Source: Asterias rubens
Taxonomy: Eukaryota
Length of the DNA: 64,000 nt
Direction of reading: 5' to 3'
NCBI RefSeq assembly: GCF_902459465.1
Contig: NC_047076.1
Span: 372,001-436,000, forward strand
Shown one piece after another: positions 23,301 through 35,300 of the stretch (the first letter of the stretch is position 1; every line of letters begins with the position of its first letter). The translations under genes and the position numbers were made by a program. Under the pieces are notes generated by a model. That model saw nothing but the letters and a program-made list of their open reading frames with translations, was not told the origin of the DNA and did no database searches.

Positions 23301-26300
23301 AATGGTCTACAATTTAACTCCAGCAGAGGCGTATCTGTTGACTCAATTGAGCAAGAATATTTTCAGGATATTTTGGAAGATAAATTACCATGATATGGTA
23401 GAAACTGTTTTTTAAAAATTAACACTTTTAATACAAAACACATAAATTAAACTTTGGGTTAGAAACCTACATGTACTGCTGCAGGTTTTTATAGTATAAG
23501 GCATTTTGAGAAACATTTCACCTTTCCGTGAAGAAATTTGTTTAATTTAATGGAAACAAAATATAAGGTTTTTTGCCCGAAAATTTGAATCTAAGAAGTG
23601 TTACCCGGTAAGGTTTTGCAGGTTGTGTATTCCTATGAGGAACTATTCTTACTAAGATGGATATATTCACTGAGTGGAGCATAGTAAGAATAGTTCCTCA
23701 TAGATTCACTCCTGATTATGGGAGGATATCTCAATAATGCAACCACCTTTTTAAATGAAGTTTTTACATGTTAGTTCTCAAGAATCTTCTACTCATGTAT
23801 TGAAATCTGAAATCTGCTTACCAAAGGTTTTTATTGATAACCAAAGGTATGCATTCCCTTACTGCATTCCTTTAAATGTACAAGCTTTGAGTATAATTCC
23901 TCTATTTTATTGAAAATCTTTCAGAGAAGATAATTATTATTTAACCCCCTCCTCTCTTTTTAAACACTTGCAGTTAACATATAAGTTGTAGCACGAGTTA
24001 TTGTTTTTTTTATAAACTACATATATCAATTTTTTCTCCCCTTCTGCAGGAAAATCATGGCTTTGAAAAGTTGAAAGTTCGAGACAATGGGACTGGAATT
24101 AAAGCAGAAGATGCTGTGTACATGGCACAGAGACACTACACCTCTAAGATATCCCAGCATGGGGATCTAGAATCATTAGAAACGTATGGTTTCCGTGGTG
24201 AGGCTTTGGGCTCACTATGTGCAATGTCAGATGTTACCATAGTAACAAAGACATCTGCAGATGACTTTAGTCATATGTATGTACTGGATCATGAAGGATA
24301 TATTATATCATCGAAACCATCTCATCTTGGAAATGGTAAATATCACATTCAGTTGTCAAAGTATCAAAGTCACATTACAATTGTTATAGTTGAGGTAAGA
24401 GAGAGAGAGAGCGAGAGATGTAAATCAACAAATCAACAAATTCTAAAAGCTAATGCACCTCAAAATTGTCATCTTTTTACAGGATTTTACTTTTTTTAGT
24501 GACTAGCTAGCACGACCTTGGGTCCATTTCACAAAGAGTTAGGACCTAGGAGATATTAAAAACTAAGTTAGGATGAGTAACTCGACCAAACTCAAGATAA
24601 AACTAGTCTTAACTCTTTGTGAAATCCAGCCGAGTTGCTTGTCATGTCACTAGTCCACCAGTTATTAGACTAAATTTAACCAATGATGTTGTTATCCTGA
24701 CCAATTCTGTACATTTAAACAGTTTTATCTTTTTGATTTTTTTCAACAAATGATCATCAGGAACTACAGTAACTGCTACCCAAATATTCAAAAGTGTACC
24801 GGTGCGTAAGCAGTATTACTCAAGCATCAAGAGACGTAGGGATGAACTCAAGAAAGTGGAGGAATTATTGAGGAGTTTTGGAGCAATCTGTCCCAATGTA
24901 CGCCTTTCCCTCTACCATAACAAAAGCAATATCTGGCAGAAGAATAAAGTAGCCAATCATAAGGTGGCTTTAATAAACATGTGGGGTTCAAGTGTGATGT
25001 CACAGATGCAACATGTTCAGCGATTGGTTGATGAGGATGGAAATGGTCAAGTAAGTCTTATTTTTTCTAGATGCACTGTATGAGACATATAAAATGTCTC
25101 GACCACTTTTTATCCTATTCATGTGTGTTATGTTGTCATTTAGCCTCTTCCAGCGGCTAGGGTCAAAACGTCAGGCCATTAGCAATTTTGTGCATATACC
25201 GTTGGTCATTTTAGTTTGTAAGCAGTTTGCAACAGCTAATTCCATTTTCTAATTTTGTGTCCTTGTTAGAATTATTGAAAGTAAACCATAATATTAGGGA
25301 AGACTGGGGATTAAAACTAAAATAGAATTAAAGATTTATCCTTAAGTAAGAACCACAGTCACTACCACAAACTTTCAAGTCAAAGAGACTACAACCAAAG
25401 AAAATGAATAATATATTTGAAAAAGTTATTGAGAGTTTATTCTTGCCCAAGAGTCATCTAATCGGGCATTATATTCTTTCTACTTTTAAGTTGGAAATCA
25501 GATTTAAAAGTCTGATTTTCAATTTTTCAGAAAACTAAATTTGTTTTATTAAACAGCCTGAAAAGTCTTCATGGTCTATAATAGCCACATGTAGGACTAC
25601 TCAAACTTGTCCTACTTTTTCCCAAGAGCCAAATGTCACCCTGTGTAATATTTTGTAGATGAAGGAAGTTTCTAAATAAAAATTGTCTATGTTGTTGTCT
25701 TTTTATAGATCCAAGTTGAAGGCTTCTTACCTCGTCCATTAGTCAACAGCCAATCAGTGACAAGAGCAATGCCAGACAGGTGTTGGATTGCCATTAATAA
25801 TCGACCAATCACCTTCAAGGAAATTGAAAAGGTAACCATGGTTTATTCTTATGACTTTATGTACATTTGTGATTTAGACAAGATTTCTTCTAGATGTTGT
25901 AAAAACAGCTTTTAAGTGCCTAACCACTATGATTAAATCAGAAATGTCGTCTAATGGTATGTTCCTACTTCCTATTTTCACACATTCTAAGACAGTCAGA
26001 TTTATGTTTTGGCATTGTTCTGGATAAATGTCTCAATGGAAAATTATTTTCATTTTACTCAGTCAGTTACTGTTTAGTTTTATTACATGATGTTCTACTA
26101 AGACGCCTTCCTGAACTCATACCTATCTTACCTCTTATTGTTTTCTCATTCTAAGATGGTGAAGCTAGCATACTGCCAAGCAATAAAGCAAGAAACTTCA
26201 TCCATACGCTACCTGACAATGTTTCTCAGCATTACCGTTCCTTCACACTGTGTGGATGTGAACCTGGAACCCAATAAAACCAAAGTGATGCTCCAGAATA

Positions 26301-29300
26301 AGGTACAGAATGCCAGTTGTGAATTTTTATAGTCAATCTACATATTCAATTTTTTCTAACATCACTACTTCATGTATTTATTTTCTGAAATGTTTAGAGC
26401 TTTTTGATTTATCATTTTTCTTTGAAAATATCGTTACCACAATGAAACCCTGAAACAAAGGTTCTTATATTTAGTCTTGTGATTTGATGTTTTCTGAAAA
26501 AAAATCAGTAGCACTCACTGAGATTTGCTGAACCTCGGCTTTAAGCCTAAAATTTGGCATCTCGGAATATGATGATGACCTTTGGTGGCAGCCTGTCCAT
26601 TTTTGTATGCCACATTTGTACACTAATAGGACAAAGGTTTGAAACCTGGGGTTACACAATAACACCTGGAAAGGGAGTTTACAGAGCATGTTATCCAGAA
26701 CCTGTTGTGACTCTTTGAACAGGTGAAATTAACGCTACACGTTGAAAGCAAAAACAAAGAATATCACAGTAGAAGAAAAAAGTATCTGCTGTAATTCTGT
26801 CAAAAAAATGAATCTTAAGATGTCATTTGGCGGAAGTGGTTTCAAAAGCTGAATCATTGAACTCGTAGGATCCACAACGTATGTCAACTCAACTGAAAAA
26901 GGAAATAAAAAGTGACTTTAATTTTTTATAAGGCAATTTTTTTTTTTTTCAAAAGTCGACTAAAAGTGTTAAATGTCTTCCCATATTTTTCAGGAGGATG
27001 TATTTTCAGTTCTATCAGGGTTACTTGAAGAAGTTTATCCCAGTAATCACCTTCCAGCAGTTGGGACTACATCACTTCAACAAGAGGACAATATTGTATG
27101 CAACACCAAAACAACAACCCATCATCCAATGTTATTAGAGGACAATATTGTATGCAACACCAAAACAACAACCCATCATCCAATGTTATTGGAGGACAAT
27201 ATTGTATGCAACACCAAAACAACAACCCATCATCCAATGTTATCGACGGACAACATTGTATGCAACACTAAAACAAAAAATTCGCATGAAATGTTACTGG
27301 AAGACAATACCAAAACAACAACCCATCATCCAATGTTATTGGAGGACACTATTATTCCCAATCTCCATGATGACACAGTTACTGAGGAAAACCATTCTGA
27401 CAATAAGGAAGATGTACATGAAGATGGTATAAGAACACCAGAGATACGGATTGAGTCACTGATGGAGTCATCACCTATTCAAGACTCTATCATCGAATCG
27501 TGTGAAGATGTTCCTAATGAAACTCAAGATGATTTGGGAAGTTCAGCTGGTTCGGGCAAAGATGAAGCGTTTCAACTCAATTTTAGTATATTTGATGAGG
27601 ATTTTGAACTTGATGACAACATTGACAGTGTTCTTGTGAATAGACCACAGGAACATGAGAATTGTTCAATTGAGTCCAATACCTCAGAGATAGCATCAGT
27701 TGAAGGCAGCCGTGGGTCAATCTCATTGGATTGTATGGATGATAACCCATCAGTGAACAAATCATTGAGTCTTACTGACTGGAGTAAAGGAAGAGGACTA
27801 ACAAACAAAGATGGCAAAGTAATACAACCTGCAACCTTACTTATCCCTACAACAGCAAACAGAGAGAAACTTGTGACCAATCACAATGCACCCAATCAAC
27901 TATCAGCCAATCAGGATGTTGGAAAATCAGCTTCATCCTTTCAGACTACATTAGTCTGTGAACCACGTTTACAACCCCAAAGCAACAGCGGGGATAGAGT
28001 CAGGTTACCTGACAGCATCTCTCCTGGAGGCCAAAGTATGACATCATATTCCCCTTCAGCCAATCAGAAGAGAAGCCCTGGCAAACGGAGACTCTCATTG
28101 GAGAAGAAAGTTGGCAAAGGAATCTTATTTGATCTGATTGGCCAATCAACTATCAGAAGACCTCTCAGTCCATTTGCGTTTTTCTCCAAAGAAATGAGAC
28201 CACAAGGTTAGTTAATTGTTCATTGAATTGATTTTGTGGAGATATTTGTGTAATTTCTTTGTACTTAATATTGTGATTCTTTCTTTTAAATTTCACAGAA
28301 CCATGGCTATCGTTTAATTTTTAGTTTGAGACAAAAGTCAAACCAACCAGTATAAATACCCGCAATAAACTAGCTTTGAAAACTTTGCTCCTTGAATAAC
28401 TTTAAACCAACTCAGTTACAAGAGATTGTTGCAACTTGTGGCACAAAAATGTCTCACACTTCAAATAAACAGAAAGCAAAATTTAACAACTTAAATTATT
28501 TTGTATCTTCAGTTAACTTATTACCATAATTTTCTGCGTATAAGGCATGTCTTATCTGCTTTCAAGAGTCTTTCTTAAATGTCTTTCCAGGGTCCAAAAA
28601 GTCACTGCATCCTATTCTCAGATGCACCTTGTCTGATAAGGATCGATTCCATTGTGATGATCATTGTCGGAAACCTTACATTTATACCGTTAAAAACTAC
28701 CTTTATTTCGTCCAGGGTAATTCGACTTGTTTCATTTTTTCTTAAAATAAAACTTTCACCATTCACAAAGTGCAGTTTTAACAATCTTTGAGGCAACATA
28801 CTGATGAACAAAGTCACTGGAAAGGCTAAATCAGTATATCTGAAGTCACCTTCACAATGTAATTGTGTTTAGAGGTGAACAGTGGTTTCTGCCGATATAA
28901 CAAGTTTACATTTTCAAGTTTTACTTATTTTGATTCTGAACAGTGGTAAAGAAGAACCCCAAAGCTAACTTCAGTGAAATCACGAAGACTGTGGAAGATA
29001 AATGGGAGGAGTTGGATGAAGAGATGAGAGAGAAATATGAAGAAATGGGACGGAAAGACGAAGACAGGTAATTCCCATCACCCAATCGACCAAACTCTGT
29101 CAATATCCAGCAGCAGTTTAACTGAATTTTAGTTTACTTCCTTCTGAATAAAGCCCAGCTCATACTTCCTGTAAATGCGAATGCAAAGCAAATTTGACAA
29201 GAATTTGACGTCACACCTCTCACATTGCTCAACTGCTGCGAGTTATTCGTTGCAAATTTGTGATGTAAACATTCGCTTCGCATTTGCATTTGCAGGTGAG

Positions 29301-32300
29301 GAAGTATGAGCCGGGTTTTACCCTACTTTCACAGGGGACGTAAAGCTGTTGGTTCCAAGTGTTGTGAAATGCTTGTAAAAGAAACCTTTGCACTCGAAAC
29401 CTACAACTAATCAAAACAATCAACCACAAAACAATCCAAGATTGTGATTTGATGTCTTAATTCTACGCAGGTATCAAAATCAGTTGAAGACAGCTCAGAA
29501 GAAACTCACTGCTGATTCTGAAAGAACACAAGATGACATGCCAACAAGAAAGAAGAAAAAGACATCACTGGTAGTTCTTGACTCTCCATCTTGATTTTGC
29601 TTAATAAATTTGTGGGTATTCTGTGATGATAACCAGTAGAATTTCCCTTCAATTAGTGTTAATTTTTTTTCCACCATTTTTGTCTCAGCCAGATTTTTTC
29701 AAAATTCTCCAGATGTTAAAAAATTAATTCTTAAAACGTTGTCAGCATATTTTGTAATTGCTGCATTTTGTTTTATTGTAGCCATCTAATCAGGGATTAA
29801 TTGACAAGATGCTGTTGTCACAGCAACAGAGGATTTTAGCCAATCAGCAAACAGCTTCTGAAACGTCTGACATACCGACCATAGATGTATTATTCAGTTT
29901 GATTGGTCTGGAAAGACTGATAGAGACTCAGAAAGAAGCAAGGTATGTGGAAATATAAAATTATTCAATTAACTTGAGAGTAGTTTTGTGATTTTCATTT
30001 TTCCTAAAGTGATAAAAAAAAAAAACATTGTCCAAAATGAAGATTCAATGTAACTGATAACCTTGTTATTTTCATAATACCGGCTGTATACTCCCCAGGT
30101 AGCTGAGATGGTTTAGGGATTGAAATATATGGCCCAGTAACTAAGGGTAATAATGGCAGATGCGCTTTGATATGCCCTTCGGGCTGTGATAAAGTGCTAT
30201 AAAAAAATCGCTGATTAGGCCTATTAACATAGTTCTCCCTCCCTATTTCCTAGATTTTTCAGAAAAAATAGCATAAACACCCCCACAATCTGATGAGCAA
30301 ATGTAAATTTCCCTTTTCTTATTCTCATGCTCATTTCTTTAGAGCCCCGGATGAAGGATTTCACCTTATTGGTCCAATTGAATCACATGGTGTTTGGCTT
30401 GGTTGCCAAGGCAATGAGCTGAGAGTGTTCAATCAATACAGGTGATATTGCTGTCTTCAATTCATTCAGCAGAATAATAAGGGAATAACAGTGCGAGAAC
30501 CCGGTCTTCACTGCATGGTAATGACCGGGTTGGTGGCTGGCGCTGTTAAGCGAGGTCCGTTAACAGCGCCAGCCACCAACCAAGGTCATTACCATGCAGT
30601 GAAGACCGGGTACGAACACTGTTACTCCCATTAATAAAAACCTTTTTTGGCGAATTAAACGGCTACAATTGTCCACATTTTGTGACTTTTCTCTCGGCGG
30701 TACTTCTAGACATGTTCATGGGCCATATTTGAGCTTTTGATGGTTCCCATCTCTTTCGTGCGTTAATCACATTACTGATCTTTGAGACCAGTGACTCTTT
30801 GAAATAATGATCTGTTCAGGGCCTTCACTGGGGTCAAAGGAGGCAAATAATTGGACGATAGCTGTTCCTTGTGCATTAAAACGTGCGCATGAGCTCGGCG
30901 TCAGTTTATACGCGCGCACATATTACACGCGCGCACTCAAAACGTGACCGGGTTTTGACCAATCAGAGACTTGAAACTGTCCAAGGTATTTATTAATATT
31001 ACTTATTTGATCTTGACTTAGGGCCCAGCTGTCATTTTTGAAAGTTTTATTTAATTTTGTATGTGTTACGCATCCAACAGCACAATTAACACCAATAACA
31101 AACTGTATGAATGGGAAACAAGAAGAAAAGTTCAGTTTCAGATGTGGGAGGGAAACCTCTTAATAATGGGGAAAACCCACACAATAAAGTGGGGACTGAA
31201 AACCCAATCTATATATGCAAGGTTCTGGTCTGGGGTGGGATTTGAACCAGGGTCCACAGATTTGAGCAGGGAAAGAAACCATAGAGCCAACCTGATTCCC
31301 TGTCTTTGCAACTGTTATTTACTTTTACCCTATTTAGGGTTCAGGTTCAAATTTTAGTTTATAAATGTATTTCTGCTGAGGTATCGTTTTTGCATTTCAC
31401 TTTCTTGCGAAATTGTTCAACCAGCTCACCTTTCTTGCTAGTGTTCCAAGAAATTATTTTTTTTAATTGTTTATGAAATTATCAAAAAATTATATTTTCC
31501 TTATCTTTTTCATTCAGAGTGGAGGAGACCCTTCTATTTTACAGGCTGATGGCCAAACATGAGTTACCACGGCAACCAGAAGATATACCTATCATGCTTT
31601 CACCCGAGTACGTTTATTCTATAACTTGAGAAAATAGAAATTAGCTGTTGCGAAATGCTTACCAACCATAGGGAGCTTTGGTATAAATGCAAAAACTAGT
31701 TCATGGCCTGACGCTTTGAACCTAGTCTTTCTCAAAGACTGAAAAACATTTTTTATTTAACTGCACTGAAACAGAGTAAGAATGAAGCTTCTTTCCTGAA
31801 TGGTACTGTTATCTTTTGTATCATTGTATGAATGTTTCTTATGTACAGTTACTTTGACAGAAATGCTATATTATAAGAAGTCTCTCAAATTCCTAAAAAT
31901 CTACTTCATGGTAATAGAGAAGTTTCCCGAATTCCCCCAAAATCAACTCCGCGGTAGTAGAGTATGATACAGCAAGACAAGTTTTCATAAGAACCAAATC
32001 TATCCAGCAAGTAGAGACAAACATGGTGTTACCACAAACCAAATATACAACAATACTATTAAATAACCCAATACACTTGACCTTATCATCACAATAATCA
32101 TGATTTTCCCATTCGGCGTTTTAAAAGTTGACTTCTACAATGACAGGTATATTCTTCCTAATCTAAAAAATCAATGAAACTTTGATTAAATGGCCTGAGA
32201 AGTTTGTGACAGCCTGAACCACATATAGGTCAGTGGCATTCTACTCTATAATAAAATTGTTCTACTTGATTTCATAAGGTCACCTATTAGGACTGAATCT

Positions 32301-35300
32301 TGTGCTTGGCAGTAGTAGTTGAACGTAATGTTTGTAGAAGGGGTCAACAAGTGTAGATACCACCCTGGATAAACTTTATGGTGTGGGGAGAAATTTCAAG
32401 TGACTGGTTTCTGTAACCTCAACACTTTTCTGTGACTAATAGATGGACGTCATTAAAACCATTTTTGATGTAAAACAATGGGAAAATGCATGCAAGTATG
32501 GGCTACGCAAGACTCTCGGCCAATGAGAGACTTACACATGTACACATAGAATCAAAGATGACGCCAATGAAAGGGGTCTAAGCGTCATAACATCTATGTA
32601 ACCATTTTTATTAATATCTAGGCACTGTCTAACTACTTTTCAATTTTTGTGTAACCAATTTTGACGTTTCCATTCTGTTATTGTGTTATTTTATAAATTG
32701 TTTATATTTTGTATTTCCTGTCTTTTTTCCTGTGGAATTCGACCCTTGATGTGATTAAAGAATAAGCCATTAATTAACAAAGTGAAAAGATGTTATTGTA
32801 TTGGTTTTGCTTTTCAGGCTGCTTGGTGGTGATAACAACTGGAATATGTTTCTTTCAAGTAGTCTATCGAGTCACTCCAGGCCGCCAGATCCTGCTATTT
32901 ATTACACTGATGATCGACTGATGGCCAATGGTTTCCAGATTAAACAGACGATTGGTAAGACACCTTAAAGGAACATTACAGAATTGGTTTATACTAGCAA
33001 AACAGCTGCTGGCAGTGTAAGCACTTTATATAATCCACCATATACATCAACTGATAAACCTGCAGAAGTTTGAGATCGTTCGACCATCTGGGTTTATGAG
33101 AAAATAGTGAAAAAACAATTACACATTTTGCATGACATCGATGCAAAAAAAAACGTTCATTGAGCGATAAACTCCAACCAGGAAATTAGTTTAATTAATT
33201 CTTATCAAACATGACATTTCAAACATTACTTTTTCAAGAGATGTTTTCTACTATCATCATCATTACACCATGTAAGTTTTATGTAAATCTGTGATCTTCA
33301 TGATTTTTTTGTACATATTCTGTAACGTTCCTTTACTTTTAAAGGGACTGAGTCTGTTTGATAAAAGCAACCCACTGTTTTTTTGAGATATTGCAAAAAA
33401 TCTCTAAGAATAATCCAGAATTGGAATACTCCAGAATTGGAATACACAATCTGAGAAACGTTTCTCTCGGATTCAAATTTTTGGGGAATCAAATCGGTAT
33501 CTTTTTCCATAACTGCATTAATTTCAAGTGAAAAGTTTCTCAAAATGCATTATGCTATCCAAAGCTAAGTTTTTATAGCCAATCATTTTCAGCGTCATTA
33601 CCAAAAGTATCAGATCCTTTAAAGGCTCTGTACACGTTTGGTAATTGCCCAAGACCAGTGTTCTCACTTGGTGTATCCCATCAGGCATAAAATAACAAAC
33701 CTGTGAAAATTTTTGCTCAATTGGTCATCGAAGTTGCGAGAAAATGATGAAAGAAAAAACACCCTTGTTGGACAAATTTGTGTGCTTTCTGATAGGAATA
33801 AAAGACTTCTAGCATGAAGTCTGACATTTTAGTGAGAAATTACCGTGAGGGAGCCGATTCTCACAATGTTTTATACTATTAACAGCTCTCCAATGCTCGT
33901 TACCAAGTCAGTTTTTAAGTTAATATTTGTTTTGAGTAGTTACCAAACGTGTACCTTCCCTTTAAGACACATCCACCTTGTCAGTGATAAAGTAATAAGT
34001 ATTTACATCGTAATCAGAACACTAGCAGTGCCCTATATAAATTTGGGTAATTAGCATTTTCAATTTATTAATTTTTCGATGTGTAAATTGCAACTGTGTT
34101 ATATAAGTTGCAAAAATTGTTTTGTAGCAGCAATAACAGCAGTTAATACATACAAGTTCAAAAGAAGTTGAAATAAAATTTAAAACGAAATCCAACATTC
34201 CAAACTTTATTTGTTTGATGATAACAACTGATGTTTGGAGCAAAGGGTGTGAATAAACACTTAAAGGCAGTGGACATTATTGGTAATTACTCAAAATAAT
34301 TAATAGCATAAAACCTTACTTGGTAATGAGTAATGGGGAGAGGTTGGTAGTATAAAACATTGTGAGAAACGGCTCTCTCTGAAGTGTCATAGTTTTTCGA
34401 GAAAGAAGTAATTTTCCACGAATTTCATTTTGAGACCTCAGATTTAGAATTTGAGGTATCTAAATCAACCATCTAAACGCACACAACTTCTTGTGACAAG
34501 GGTGTTTTTTCTTTCATTATTATCTTGCAACTTCGACGACTAATTGAGCTCAAATTTTCATGGTTAGTTATTTTATGCAAATGTTGAGATACACCAAGTG
34601 AGAAGACTAGTCTTTGACAATTACCAATAGTGTCCACTGTCTTTAAAAGTCTCTCGTCTGATTTTATAGATTCAGATACAAAGGAGATCAAACTTCAAGT
34701 AGTTGCCATGACAAAGCTGATAAACTATTATGGGATAGATGATCTTAAGGAGATACTAGAGTTAATCAAAGTTGAACCACGTCTAGAGCTGGGTCAATGT
34801 CGACCACTTAAAGTCACTAACTACCTCAAGGTCAGTGTGTATCTTTACCAAACTCAGATTTAGATTAGATTTATCTCCTAAAATAAATATATGAATAATA
34901 ATGCATGGTTCTTATATCGTGCTTAATCACACCCTTAGGGGCGTATCAAAGCGCTTGTTACTTTGTCTAGCAAGGTATGTAAAAACCATGTTTTTCAAGC
35001 ATGAAACGTTTTCCTTTATAGTACCCTGTACATGTTATGGTTAACAAGGTGATGGGGCGCCAATCAGACCAGGAACACTTGGACGAACCACTTATTTGCA
35101 ATCTTTTAGTCTGCTTTTATCTTTTCTTGAAGCTTCCAGTGTCATTAATAATCTAAATAACTTGTCTTATCTAGCGCAATATACATTAAAGCCATTGGAC
35201 ACTTTCGGGAAACAATAATGTCCAAGGCCCACACTTCGTGTATCACAACTTCTTAATAAAATAAAAATTCTGTAAAAATTAAGGCTCAATCGGTCATCGC

